Part shown: positions 27,337 to 37,533 of the stretch, piece after piece
Numbering within the stretch: position 1 is the stretch's first letter
Layout of the letters: each line of letters starts with the position of its first letter
Source of the DNA: an uncultured Ruminococcus sp.
GTDB lineage: Bacteria > Bacillota > Clostridia > Oscillospirales > Ruminococcaceae
Length of the DNA stretch: 50,185 nt
Assembly: GCA_964480645.1 (NCBI GenBank)
Contig: CAYZQU010000001.1
Coordinates: 1-50,185, forward strand
Direction: 5' to 3'
Made by a program: the position numbers and the translations under genes
The notes under the pieces: model-generated
The model's database searches: none
The model's input: the letters and a program-made list of their open reading frames with translations, nothing else
Told to the model about the DNA's origin: nothing

Positions 27337-28014
27337 ATGATAAAGAAACTTCAGGCTCTCAAAGCCAAAAAGGGCTTCACGCTCGTTGAGTTGATCGTTG
27401 TAATCGCTATCATCGGCGTACTTGCTGCGATCCTCGTTCCTACTCTGCTCGGTGTTGTAACCAAGTCCAGAGTAACATCTGCTGATTCGACTGCAAAGTC
27501 CATCAGAGATGTCATCACCGAATTCCTGACCGATGCGGATACCGCCGGCTACGGAATGAAGAACGCTAATACTATAAAGGAGACGCTGACCATAACTGTA
27601 AGTACTGCTTCCGGCACCACAACATGGAAAGTGGATGCAGCTACCGCTACCAACTTTAAGAAGGGCAACGGCACACAGATTGAATGGGGCAATGACGGCA
27701 CTTGGGCTAGCACCGATGATACTTTGGCGAGTAATTCTTCTGCTGAAAAGTTGCTTGCTTCCAAGCTCGCAGATCGTTTCCCTGATATGAAGACTGCTTC
27801 TATCATTGCTTCTTTGAGAGGCGACGCAAACTGCATAGCTCTTGCTTATACCGCTGATGTTGCTACAAAACTCGTGTTTGGCACTAATATGCCCAGCATT
27901 GATGCTACCTCAGGTGAATTCCCGTCTTCATATGCGTGGGATACCAAGAACGCAGGTATCACTCCAAGTGATGGTTACATCATGGGTACTTCTCCTAAGG
28001 TTGAAATCGGCTAA
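27337..28014 (+). CDS. pilA: Probable major type IV pilin
   Basis: KKG|FTLVELIVVIAIIGVLAAILVP; own promoter, strong AGGAGG SD, codon usage like highly expressed genes (GCT/ACT/ATC/AAG rich), 3' stem-loop. Confidence 0.8.
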   Translation: MIKKLQALKAKKGFTLVELIVVIAIIGVLAAILVPTLLGVVTKSRVTSADSTAKSIRDVITEFLTDADTAGYGMKNANTIKETLTITVSTASGTTTWKVDAATATNFKKGNGTQIEWGNDGTWASTDDTLASNSSAEKLLASKLADRFPDMKTASIIASLRGDANCIALAYTADVATKLVFGTNMPSIDATSGEFPSSYAWDTKNAGITPSDGYIMGTSPKVEIG

Positions 28015-28056
28015 TATTTAGCAGTTTAACCTTAAACCAACTTAGCAAAACACAAT

Positions 28057-28086
28057 ATTCCTCGGCGGCGGGTGTCGCCGAGGAAT
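28057..28086 (+). terminator. Stem-loop after major pilin (terminator or mRNA-stabilising hairpin)
   Basis: ATTCCTCGGCG/CGCCGAGGAAT perfect 11 bp stem, weak U tract. Confidence 0.6.
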
Positions 28087-28169
28087 TATGTGTATTTTAT
28101 CGAGGTTTTGTTTTTATGCGGCGAGGGCTTTGTAAAAACAAGAGTTTGATTAGCAACGGAGGTACATAT

Positions 28170-28946
28170 ATGATTAAATATCTTCAAAAACTAAATCGGA
28201 AAAAGGGCTTTACTATGGTGGAGCTGATCGTTGTTATCGCGATTCTGGCAATAATGATGTTAGTTATTTTGCTGAATATAGACAACAAGAGTTCGCGTAT
28301 CAAGTCGGCGAATTCTGCCGCGTCGGATTTCTATGCGGCGGTTCAATCGGCGTTTACACGATATATGGTGTATCCCGCGCCGCTTTCACCAACTTTCCGC
28401 GATAACCCGAACACTACGCCGTTTATGAAGTATTACAAGGGCGCGAACGGAAATTATCCGTATGATGTGGCGGAAAACACACATCCTACTCCGATAACTA
28501 ATGACAATTACCCCTCGCCCGCTACGCTGAATATTGAGGTAAAGGTTAAGGACAACAAGATTGAGTATGTAAATTGCGGAATGGGCACTCTTTATCAACC
28601 CGGCGGTCTGCTTGATAAAACCACCGATGATGGCAGTGAATTCGGACGGTTGCTGAAGTTGGAACTCGAAAAAAGAGTCGAATATCAGGACGGATATTAT
28701 TACGCAAGTATTTCCAGCACGCCCCAATACGATTCTGCGAAAAAAATTAAGAAGTTGGATACCGTAGTTGTAGACTACGCCGCGTTTTCTTTCGACAAGC
28801 TTAAAAATGACAGTTCGGCGGATTATACATTCAGCGGTAGGGATAATGTTCTGCAGAACGGCGATGTATGTGGCACGGCTGCGCCCTCCAGAGACAAATC
28901 CGGAAACAGTATCGCCAGAATCGGAACAGATGGAACAAAGTTATAA
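28170..28946 (+). CDS. Type IV pilin-like protein
   Basis: KKG|FTMVELIVVIAIL; ATG 28170 after GGAGG. Confidence 0.87.
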   Translation: MIKYLQKLNRKKGFTMVELIVVIAILAIMMLVILLNIDNKSSRIKSANSAASDFYAAVQSAFTRYMVYPAPLSPTFRDNPNTTPFMKYYKGANGNYPYDVAENTHPTPITNDNYPSPATLNIEVKVKDNKIEYVNCGMGTLYQPGGLLDKTTDDGSEFGRLLKLELEKRVEYQDGYYYASISSTPQYDSAKKIKKLDTVVVDYAAFSFDKLKNDSSADYTFSGRDNVLQNGDVCGTAAPSRDKSGNSIARIGTDGTKL

Positions 28947-28957
28947 TGAATAATGCT

Positions 28958-28993
28958 TTTGCGCCTTTGATTTACAAGGGCGCAAATTTTTTT
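28958..28993 (+). terminator. Intrinsic terminator ending the pilin cluster
   Basis: TTTGCGCCTTTG/CAAGGGCGCAAA then T7. Confidence 0.8.
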
Positions 28994-29014
28994 CGTCAAA
29001 GTTCGTAAATACGC

Positions 29015-29041
29015 TAAAGTTTTTCAAATTTCGGACGATAA
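29015..29041 (+). promoter_or_regulatory. sigma-28 (SigD/FliA) promoter of the flgM operon
   Basis: TAAAGTTT-N11-GACGATAA versus consensus TAAAGTTT-N11-GCCGATAA. Confidence 0.85.
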
Positions 29042-29073
29042 TATAATATGAGGGTGTAGTATGCCCAAACAGA

Positions 29074-29134
29074 GCAAATCGTGAAAGCGAGTAAAATTGC
29101 CGCAACGAATCGGAGTGAATGGTTCGCGATTTGA
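29074..29134 (+). repeat. Internally deleted copy of the three-way-junction element in flgM leader
   Basis: CAAATCGTGAA/TTCGCGATTTG closing stem, GG before the 3' strand, TTTAAGATAAGG tail. Confidence 0.65.
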
Positions 29135-29157
29135 ATTTAAGATAAGGTGGTGGCATT

Positions 29158-29421
29158 ATGGAGATTAAAGGAATCGGCGGAATAATCCCCGCATACAAAA
29201 ACACAAAAGTTAATTCGGCAAAGAAATCCGGTGCTGCCGTTGCGCCTAAAAATACCGACAGAGTTGAATTCGGGTTTGCCGCGTCAATCGATGCCGCAAA
29301 AGCCGCGATTGCGCAGGAAGTCCGTGCGAACGCCGCCCCTCGTGAGCTTCTCGACGCGGGCGAAACGGCACAAAGCGGCGTAGACAGTAACGTCATTGCC
29401 GCAATGATTTTCATGGGGTGA
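29158..29421 (+). CDS. flgM: FlgM-like anti-sigma-28 factor
   Basis: 87 aa, MEIKG...AY...DRVEF pattern; first gene before flgN-flgK-flgL; C-terminus divergent. Confidence 0.7.
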   Translation: MEIKGIGGIIPAYKNTKVNSAKKSGAAVAPKNTDRVEFGFAASIDAAKAAIAQEVRANAAPRELLDAGETAQSGVDSNVIAAMIFMG

Positions 29422-29425
29422 TTTT

Positions 29426-29935
29426 GTGAGTGAGATATCCCAAAACGGGCTTATGGACGAGGTTACGGCGCGCGCTGTTACGCGGTGTCTGGAAATTGAC
29501 GTGGATTTTTACCGTGACTTGTATGTGTTTCTCCTTAAGAAACACTCCAAAATCATCGCGGACGATTTGGAATGGCTTACCGACTCGCTTAATGATGAGC
29601 AGGCGTTCCTGATGAAAAGCAAGTCCCTTGAGGATAAACGGTTGGAGCTTTTTCATGGGCTTGGTATCGAGGATAAGCGGCTTTCCGAGTTGGCGGACGA
29701 AGCCCCCGAGGAGTATCGGGCGAAAATCCGAATGCTCAGCGGTCAGCTAACCGAGCTTGTGGAAAACATTACCAGGTTGAACGCGGAATCCACCGAGATG
29801 GTCAAGGGGAAACTGGATAATCAAAAGGAGCTTGTCGCCCTCGCCGGGATTATCGACAAGCCGGAAACTTACGATAAAAACGCGTCCAAGGTCACGGGAG
29901 GACAATCCGCGGCTAAGGCGTTTAAGCACATTTAG
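29426..29935 (+). CDS. flgN: Flagellar export chaperone
   Basis: Helical 169 aa protein ending TYDKNA, between flgM and flgK. Confidence 0.75.
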   Translation: MSEISQNGLMDEVTARAVTRCLEIDVDFYRDLYVFLLKKHSKIIADDLEWLTDSLNDEQAFLMKSKSLEDKRLELFHGLGIEDKRLSELADEAPEEYRAKIRMLSGQLTELVENITRLNAESTEMVKGKLDNQKELVALAGIIDKPETYDKNASKVTGGQSAAKAFKHI

Positions 29936-29951
29936 GAGGACTTATCGGATT

Positions 29952-31502
29952 ATGAGACCTACTTTTTTGGGATTTGAAACTCAAAAGCGAACCTTGCAGA
30001 TAGCTCAAAAGAACATAGATGTTACCGGAAACAACGTTTCCAATATCAATACGCCCGGTTACACGCGGCAGAGAGTGGATTTGTACGCAGATTATATTTC
30101 CAGTCAGGGCGACCCGCGTTGGACCTCCAAGCGCAGTCAGCTCGGTATGGCGGGTCAGGGTGTAAACGCTTACGGCGTGTCGCAGATTCGCGACCAGTTT
30201 ATTGATAAGCGTTACCGTGAAAATGTTGCGGTAGAGGCTGAAACCGATAAGAAGGTCGGAATCCTTACCGATGTGGAGGATATTCTCGACAACTTTGAGA
30301 CGGACGGTTTGCAGTATTACACTCAGCAGTTCTTTAACGCGCTTCAGGATTATTCCGGCAAAAAGCCCGATTCCAAAGACGTGGCGATTATCTGCGTGAA
30401 TTCCGCTGTAAACCTGTGCAGACTGTTGAATGATTATGACACTCAGCTCAATCAGGTTGAGCAGACATACGTAGGCGAGCTTGAGGATACCGTGGAATAC
30501 GTAAATAATCTGCTCGACGAAATGAACGCGCTGAATCAGAAAATCGTCAAGGAGAAGTTCCATTATCCCGATGAGTATGGTCCGAACGAGTTGAACGACC
30601 AGATGAATCTTTATATTGACGAGCTGGCGACTTACGGCGATATTACGGTGGAGCATTTCGATGACGGTTCGTATTCCATAAAGATGGGAAACGTGACGGT
30701 TCTCGATGGAGAGGCAAACAAGACAAACCGCCTTTTAATGAAAGATTATGACAACTACGGTCAGGTGATTCTCGGATTTGAGAGCGGACACGATCTGAAT
30801 TTGCAGTCAGGCTCGTTGAAAGCATATTTCGATATGCTTAACGGCAACGGCGTTTACGCTACGGGACATCAGAACAGCGAATACGGAATTGCGTATTTCC
30901 GTTCGGCGATAAATGAGTTCGCGCGGACAATTGCAAAGACATTCAACGAGGGCAACGGCGCGGATTTCGACGAATTTCGCACGATGTTCGAGCCGGCAAC
31001 CGAGGACGCGCTTATCACAGCGGGAAATATCCGCGTATCAAAGGCGTGGACGGAAGACCCGACAATGATTGGAAAGACACGTATTCTCGATGAGGAAACA
31101 GGTCTTTACAAGTACGGATACGATCAGAAAGAGCAAATGATAAACGGCAAGGTGACGCTGCAGAATACCAATATTCTGTACCTTATTTCACAGTTTGATA
31201 ACAGCGCGATCAAGTTCGGAAACGCTCACGATTTTGAGGGCAGCATAAATGAGTATATTTCGTTTATTTCCAATCGTCTGGGACAGAAAATCGAGTACGA
31301 GGTGGGACGCAATGACACGGCTATAAATACCGTAGATGGTCTGTTGGACGCGCGTGACGATGTTTCGGCAGTGCAAATCGACGAGGAAGGTATTAATATG
31401 CTGAATTATCAGAAGTGGTATAACGCTTCATCACGTTTGGCTACGGCACTGGACGATTTGCTTGATAAGCTCATCAACGGCACGGGCAGGGTTGGCTTGT
31501 AA
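29952..31502 (+). CDS. flgK: Flagellar hook-associated protein 1
   Basis: TFLG, VTGNNVSNINTPGYTRQRV, IRD, VQIDEE..N..YQ..YNASSR, LDKLING. Confidence 0.95.
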   Translation: MRPTFLGFETQKRTLQIAQKNIDVTGNNVSNINTPGYTRQRVDLYADYISSQGDPRWTSKRSQLGMAGQGVNAYGVSQIRDQFIDKRYRENVAVEAETDKKVGILTDVEDILDNFETDGLQYYTQQFFNALQDYSGKKPDSKDVAIICVNSAVNLCRLLNDYDTQLNQVEQTYVGELEDTVEYVNNLLDEMNALNQKIVKEKFHYPDEYGPNELNDQMNLYIDELATYGDITVEHFDDGSYSIKMGNVTVLDGEANKTNRLLMKDYDNYGQVILGFESGHDLNLQSGSLKAYFDMLNGNGVYATGHQNSEYGIAYFRSAINEFARTIAKTFNEGNGADFDEFRTMFEPATEDALITAGNIRVSKAWTEDPTMIGKTRILDEETGLYKYGYDQKEQMINGKVTLQNTNILYLISQFDNSAIKFGNAHDFEGSINEYISFISNRLGQKIEYEVGRNDTAINTVDGLLDARDDVSAVQIDEEGINMLNYQKWYNASSRLATALDDLLDKLINGTGRVGL

Positions 31503-31521
31503 TATTGGGGGGACTTAAAAT

Positions 31522-33720
31522 ATGAGAATTACAAATTCTACAATTTTACGTGGATATAACCGCGATTTGAACCGCGTTCTCAACCTTAAAAACGCAACCG
31601 AACACCGAATCACCACAAATCGGCGGTTTTCTCGCGCTTCAGAACAGCCGTTGGCGGCAGCTAAAGCGCTTATAGTGCGTAAATCGCTCTACTACGGCGA
31701 ACAGCATACAGAAAATCTCAAGACCGCGAACGAGTTCTACACTGAGGCGGAAACTTCCCTTTTGCAGGTGTCCGAGAAGATGGCGCAAATAAGCGAAACA
31801 ATTGTTGCCGCTTGCAATACAACCAAGGATATTCAGGAGTATAATATTTACGCTCAGCAGTTGGAAACCAGCGCGCGTGAGTTGTGCGCGATTTTCAACA
31901 CCGATTCGGCGGGACGCACGATTTTCGGCGGCGAGAGCAACGACCAGATGCCGTTCGCGATTCTTAACGATTCCAACGGAAGTCCCGCAACGGTTACATA
32001 TCACGGAGTTCCGGTGAACGCTATGAACGATTACAAGGAATTCCCTTATTCCGCGAATGTTAATATTGATATTGGTCTGGGAATGGTAACCGACCAGAAC
32101 ACCCACGAAACGGACGAGGCTTCGGTGCTGAGAATTTCGTTCAACGGCACGAAGGTTTCCGGCTGCGGCGCGGAATACGGAGTGGCGGATATTGACCTTT
32201 CAAGCCTTCAGGCGAGCAGAACCTATTCCATAGACGTATACGCGGGAAATGTCAAGAAAACAATCAATTTCACCTGCAACAGCGATGATAATGCCGCTAA
32301 AGTGAAACAGATAAACGACGAGCTGGAAAAAGCTTACGCCAAGACCAGAGCTTACAATAAACCTGTTCCGCGTATGGACGAACAGGGCGTGATTTATCTG
32401 GCGGATTACGACAACGGTAATTATACCCCCGTTGAGGGCGGAATCTGCAGCGTGGTAAACAACGAATATGCCAAACGCACTTCTAAGGTGGTTGTGGATA
32501 ATGATTCCGGATATACCAACAAGTTTAAGGTGAACGTCGAGCAGCTTGAGGAGGGCAAGACATATACGCTTGACGTGATAGTCGGCGATGAAAAGAAGGT
32601 TATCAGTTTTGCCGCGGGTGTGGAGAGCGACACCGAACAGCGTGATAAGCTCACGCTCAATAATATTCAGGCGGCATTGGACGAGGCTTTCGGCGCGGGT
32701 GCGGTTTCTGTTACCAAGGAGGGAATCACCAAGGGAATTATCTCCGCCGAGGGTAAGAATGTGACTGTCAGGGCGCACGACTTCACAGCCGAGCTTAAGC
32801 GCGAAACCGTGGCTATCAGCTCCATATCACAGGACAAGATCAACCTTAAGGCGCTTAAGGACGGCGAAACATACAAATTCCGCGCGACAGTGGACGGAAA
32901 ATCCGCGGATATAGAATTTACGGCGGGTGCGGACGAAGCAGCAACCGCGGCGAATATCAAGGCGCAACTGCAAGCAAATGCTGCTTTCACAGGAATGACA
33001 TTTGATGTTTCAACAAGCGGCGATAAGGCGGGTACGATTACCGTGGGCGGAGCTCCTGTTTCGATTACAAAGACGAACGATAACAATTCCGTTTCCGTGT
33101 CGAGCTTCCCCACTTACTCTATTGATACAAGCTCCATCGCGGAGGGTACGACTTACAAGCTGAAGGTTATGTACGGCACCTCCGTAAAAGATATTGAGTT
33201 TACCGGCGGCGCGGATAACGCGGAAACCGTCAAGAATATCAACGACGCGTTGAACGCCGCGTTCGGTACGGGCGCTCTCACAATTAACAATAAGGGCGAG
33301 GTTACGGCGGCTGATAATAAGTCCGTGATTTTGTCCAATTCTGTTGATGTGGAGAATTCAATTGTAGAGCGCGAGAGAATCTACTCGAACAACTACATTC
33401 AGTTGACGCTGGACGCGGCAAGAGCGCTTCGTCAAGGCGACATCGGCTACGCGAACGGCTGTCTTGACAGAATCGCCACCGCAAAAGAGAATATGCTCGC
33501 CGAAATTGCGGATATGGGCTGTAACGAGGAATTTATCGACTTCAACCTTACACGTATCACGACTCGCTCCGAGAATCTTTCGGAAAGACAGAACGACCTC
33601 GAGGTTGCTGACGCGAAAAAGGAAATCACGCTGTGGAAGACCTACGAGGCTATGTATAACGCCTGCTTGCAGATGTCAAGCTCGGTTGTTCCAAACAGTA
33701 TTTTCAATTATATAAAGTAA
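31522..33720 (+). CDS. flgL: Flagellar hook-associated protein 3, expanded (732 aa)
   Basis: MRITNS N-terminus, GRTIFGG, C-terminal YNACLQMSSSVVPNSIFNYI; follows flgK. Confidence 0.88.
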   Translation: MRITNSTILRGYNRDLNRVLNLKNATEHRITTNRRFSRASEQPLAAAKALIVRKSLYYGEQHTENLKTANEFYTEAETSLLQVSEKMAQISETIVAACNTTKDIQEYNIYAQQLETSARELCAIFNTDSAGRTIFGGESNDQMPFAILNDSNGSPATVTYHGVPVNAMNDYKEFPYSANVNIDIGLGMVTDQNTHETDEASVLRISFNGTKVSGCGAEYGVADIDLSSLQASRTYSIDVYAGNVKKTINFTCNSDDNAAKVKQINDELEKAYAKTRAYNKPVPRMDEQGVIYLADYDNGNYTPVEGGICSVVNNEYAKRTSKVVVDNDSGYTNKFKVNVEQLEEGKTYTLDVIVGDEKKVISFAAGVESDTEQRDKLTLNNIQAALDEAFGAGAVSVTKEGITKGIISAEGKNVTVRAHDFTAELKRETVAISSISQDKINLKALKDGETYKFRATVDGKSADIEFTAGADEAATAANIKAQLQANAAFTGMTFDVSTSGDKAGTITVGGAPVSITKTNDNNSVSVSSFPTYSIDTSSIAEGTTYKLKVMYGTSVKDIEFTGGADNAETVKNINDALNAAFGTGALTINNKGEVTAADNKSVILSNSVDVENSIVERERIYSNNYIQLTLDAARALRQGDIGYANGCLDRIATAKENMLAEIADMGCNEEFIDFNLTRITTRSENLSERQNDLEVADAKKEITLWKTYEAMYNACLQMSSSVVPNSIFNYIK

Positions 33721-33817
33721 ATTAAATTAAAATCGGGCTGTGTGAATTTGCGGAAATAAATTCCGCATTGGAAAATGGATTGCCGCAGACCGCTATCAAT
33801 GCACGGAGGTGTTTGAA

Positions 33818-34441
33818 TTGATTCCTAATTTACTTCAGATTACCACGATTCCGATTAATATCGAAATCAAGGTAACAAATGCCAAGTATCAGCCCGTTGA
33901 GGGCGACCATCAACCGAAGGTCAATATCACTACCAAGAACGGCGAGTATGTTATGCAGGCAGAACCGCTTAAGCTGAATATTGATACATACAAAGCCAGA
34001 AGCAGCCTGGGCTATGGTAATATGACCGATGGAGATGTTATGGCAAAAAAAGCTTCGGAGGGATGGAAAATCGCGTTTCAGGGAACGGCGAAAATCGCTT
34101 CCGAGGGTGATCAGTTAGCGCGGGGCGTATCTCCGAGTGAAATCGCGATTAACAACGCCAGAGCGGGAGCCACCGTGGAGACCATTATGGAGTTTCTTCC
34201 CAAAGAGGGCGCGGAGGTTACGTTTGATGAGGGCACGCTTAACATCGAATATCAGATGGGAGAGCAGGACATCGACTGGGATATTACGAGTCAGCTTCCG
34301 ATGGAATTTATTCCCGGCAGTGTGGAGCTTATTATCCACGACAGACCTCGTGTGGAAATCGAGTACATAGGCGACCCGATTTATGTTCCGCCTAGCGCGA
34401 ATCCGAATTATGAGCCGCCATTATTGGATATAAAGGGTTGA
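33818..34441 (+). CDS. DUF6470/YviE-like flagellar-operon protein
   Basis: LNIDT, EGDQL, IEYIGDPIYVPPSA.P motif; position between flgL and fliW; TTG start after GGAGGTG. Confidence 0.7.
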   Translation: MIPNLLQITTIPINIEIKVTNAKYQPVEGDHQPKVNITTKNGEYVMQAEPLKLNIDTYKARSSLGYGNMTDGDVMAKKASEGWKIAFQGTAKIASEGDQLARGVSPSEIAINNARAGATVETIMEFLPKEGAEVTFDEGTLNIEYQMGEQDIDWDITSQLPMEFIPGSVELIIHDRPRVEIEYIGDPIYVPPSANPNYEPPLLDIKG

Positions 34442-34445
34442 GAAA

Positions 34446-34889
34446 ATGAATATAGAAACAAGAGATTTCGGTGAAGTAGAGATTGATGAGAGTACCATAA
34501 TTACCGTTCCGAGCGGGATTCTGGGTTTTGAGAATGTAAAGCGGTACACGCTGTTGAGTCCGTTGGGCGAGGACACATTTCCGATGTGGCTTCAGGCGGT
34601 GGACAGTGCAGAGCCGTGCTTTGTGGTTTATGACCCAATGCTTATTTATCCCGATTATCGTTTTGAGATAAGCGATGAGGAGCAAGCGGAACTTAAGATT
34701 GACGATAATACGCCGTATCGATGCATTACAGTGGCAATCGTTCCGGATAATTATAAGGATACCACAATAAATCTGCGCTGTCCGATTGTTATCAACACAC
34801 GCGACAATATCGCCGCGCAGATAATGCTTGAGGATTATGATTTTAAGTATCCCGTCTATTCCTCGAACAATTCTGAGGAGGAGGCGTAA
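34446..34889 (+). CDS. fliW: Flagellar assembly factor
   Basis: [28 protein letters not shown]. Confidence 0.93.
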   Translation: MNIETRDFGEVEIDESTIITVPSGILGFENVKRYTLLSPLGEDTFPMWLQAVDSAEPCFVVYDPMLIYPDYRFEISDEEQAELKIDDNTPYRCITVAIVPDNYKDTTINLRCPIVINTRDNIAAQIMLEDYDFKYPVYSSNNSEEEA

Positions 34890-34890
34890 T

Positions 34891-35121
34891 ATGCTTGTTG
34901 TTACTCGTAAATCGGGCGAAAGCATTCTGGTGTCCGACAATATCGAAATTTCCGTATTGGAGATTTCCAAGGACAAGGTGAAAATCGGAATCAACGCTCC
35001 AAAAGAGGTTAAGATTGTACGAAGCGAGCTTAAGACGCTGCGACAGACTAATGAACAGGCGGCGGCTTCAACACGGGGAATCAAGCAACTTCTGAATGAT
35101 ACAAAACGGGAGGAGAATTAA
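34891..35121 (+). CDS. csrA: Carbon storage regulator
   Basis: [30 protein letters not shown]. Confidence 0.95.
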   Translation: MLVVTRKSGESILVSDNIEISVLEISKDKVKIGINAPKEVKIVRSELKTLRQTNEQAAASTRGIKQLLNDTKREEN

Positions 35122-35123
35122 TT

Positions 35124-37508
35124 ATGGCAAGTGATGTAATGCGCCTTAGTGGTATAAATTCGGGTTATGATGCTGAAGCGATGATTGAGAAGATGATGTC
35201 GACTTATCAGACTAAAATCGACAATCAGAATAAGAAGCTCCAGAAGCTGCAATGGCAGCAGGAGGCTTATCGTGACATCACGTCCAAGTTGACCACGTTC
35301 AAGAATAAGTACTTCGATATTCTTAAGCGGGACAGCTATCTGATGAGTCCGACTTCGTTTTCAAGGTTCAAGTCGACGGTAACAAATAAGGCTAATCCCG
35401 ACCGCAATTCCGGGGTGAGCGTTACCACGACCTCAAGCTCCGCTGAGGGTAATTACAAGCTCAAGGTGGAGCAGCTCGCTACCGCCTCTACCCGCACAGG
35501 CAAAGTTATCGAGCCTGAGGGATTCTCGCTGGATATAGAAAAGGCGATAAGCTCCTCGGAGTATACCGAAAACGCGGACGGAAGCCGCGAATACAAATTT
35601 GAACTGGATGTAAAAGTCGGCGATGTTACCAAAACCATAGAGTTCGGAGCAACTCTTGCGAAAAAAGCCGATGGAACGTTTGACGAGGATGCCTTCAAAA
35701 CCAATCTGGTAAATACGCTGAACACGGAGTTCGAAAAATCATTCGGCACATACGATGGAACAAATCAGTTTGTCAAGGTAAAGGACAACGGCGATGGAAC
35801 ATTCGGATTTGAAACCGGAGGCAACGCGTCTGTTATCATTACCGAAAAGACCGGTAACTTTGGTCTGTCGCGTCCTTCGGAAAAGATTTCTATCGCCACT
35901 CAGTCGGCTGTTACAGGTACGAATTCCATCGCCGTGAATATCAACGGCAAAGTAAAAAATGTTGAGTTTGAGGGCGTTTCGGAAACCTATTTCGACAGCC
36001 GCAACGAGGCGGGAAATTCGGCGATACTGGCGGAGTATAACCGTTTGAAAACTCAGGCATATATTAAGGATAAGGGATTCCCTGCCGGCGGAACGATTAC
36101 CCAGGAGATGTTGGACAGCTATACCTATACGTCTACTCAGGCGGCTAAGGACAAGAACTCCGCAGCCCTTTCCTCTGCTCTGAACTCCGCGTATCGGGAC
36201 GAGGGCGTTCGCTTCACGATTGACGGCTCGTACATCACCGCGAAAAAGGGCGGCGAGGACATTGAGTTTTCGCTTACCGCGACAAGCGGTGGTACTCTCG
36301 GTCTGCAAAAAGGTAATATTACCAACCGCCTTACCGATAAAACAACTCTGAAATCTATGGGTATCGCGGCAAACGCAGACGGAAAATATGAGATGACCAT
36401 CAACGGCAAGAAGATTTCCGTGGATGAGAAAGCCACTATCGCCGATTTGGTTTCCGCCGTGAATAAGAGCGGAGCGGGAGTTACAATGACTTACTCCAAA
36501 ATGGAGAACAAGTTTGTCATTACCGCGAATGACCTAGGCAACGGCGGCGATGTGGATATCAATTCAAACGACAAACTTGCAAAGTCGTTGGGATTAGTCG
36601 GCGATGGCTCAAAATACGAGGTTGGAAAGAACGCGATTTTTGACCTTAACGGAATCAAGGTTTATCACAACTCCAATTCCTATACCGCAGATGGAACAAC
36701 GTTCAATTTCGAGGACGCGGAGCTTGATACCGAGATTAATGTAAGTATATCCAAGGATTACACAGATATAAAACAGACTATCAAGGACTTTGTCAAGGAT
36801 TACAACCAGATGATTGACGATGTGTATAAGCACATCGGAACAGCTCCCAAGCGTGATGCGAAGAATAATACATACGAGCCGCTGACCGATGCCGAGAAAG
36901 AGGAAATGGACGACAAGGAAATTGAAAAGTGGGAAGAAGCCGCGAAAACCGGCGTTATTTACAACGATTCCACAGTTTCGTCTATTATGTCCAAGATGAG
37001 AATTGCGATTTATAACAGTGTAACTCTCGATGACGGCTCGAAGTTCGGTATGTACAATATGGGTATCAAAACCGTAACCTCGTTTACCGACCCCGAGGGC
37101 GCAAAGCACGGTAAGCTTGAGATTGACGAGGAGGCGCTCGATAAGGCGTTTGCCGAGAATCCCGAAGCGGTTACAAAGCTGTTTACCGACCCCGAAAGCG
37201 GAGTAATGAAGCAGATTAACAACGTCATTGACGACGCGATAAGCACTTCCAAGCTGTCGGGCAATGTTGTAAAGGGTTCGCTTATCCGTAAGGCGGGTTT
37301 GGAGAGCGGTGCTACCGCAAAGAACAACGCGATTTACCGTGAGATGGAGCAGATAAACAAGCGTATCGCCACGCTCCAGGATCGCTATGATTCTAAGGAA
37401 GACTACTGGTGGAGCGTGTTTACTAATCTCGAAAAGATGATGTCTGACCTTAACAGTCAGTCGAGTTATATGTCGGGATTCTTGAATAACTTTGGTACTC
37501 AGCAATAA
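35124..37508 (+). CDS. fliD: Flagellar filament cap protein
   Basis: RLSGINSGYD, WQQEAYR, VEQLA, FVKDYN, FTNLEKMMSDLNSQSSY. Confidence 0.94.
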   Translation: MASDVMRLSGINSGYDAEAMIEKMMSTYQTKIDNQNKKLQKLQWQQEAYRDITSKLTTFKNKYFDILKRDSYLMSPTSFSRFKSTVTNKANPDRNSGVSVTTTSSSAEGNYKLKVEQLATASTRTGKVIEPEGFSLDIEKAISSSEYTENADGSREYKFELDVKVGDVTKTIEFGATLAKKADGTFDEDAFKTNLVNTLNTEFEKSFGTYDGTNQFVKVKDNGDGTFGFETGGNASVIITEKTGNFGLSRPSEKISIATQSAVTGTNSIAVNINGKVKNVEFEGVSETYFDSRNEAGNSAILAEYNRLKTQAYIKDKGFPAGGTITQEMLDSYTYTSTQAAKDKNSAALSSALNSAYRDEGVRFTIDGSYITAKKGGEDIEFSLTATSGGTLGLQKGNITNRLTDKTTLKSMGIAANADGKYEMTINGKKISVDEKATIADLVSAVNKSGAGVTMTYSKMENKFVITANDLGNGGDVDINSNDKLAKSLGLVGDGSKYEVGKNAIFDLNGIKVYHNSNSYTADGTTFNFEDAELDTEINVSISKDYTDIKQTIKDFVKDYNQMIDDVYKHIGTAPKRDAKNNTYEPLTDAEKEEMDDKEIEKWEEAAKTGVIYNDSTVSSIMSKMRIAIYNSVTLDDGSKFGMYNMGIKTVTSFTDPEGAKHGKLEIDEEALDKAFAENPEAVTKLFTDPESGVMKQINNVIDDAISTSKLSGNVVKGSLIRKAGLESGATAKNNAIYREMEQINKRIATLQDRYDSKEDYWWSVFTNLEKMMSDLNSQSSYMSGFLNNFGTQQ

Positions 37509-37533
37509 AATTCCGGAAAAGGATTGATGTAGT

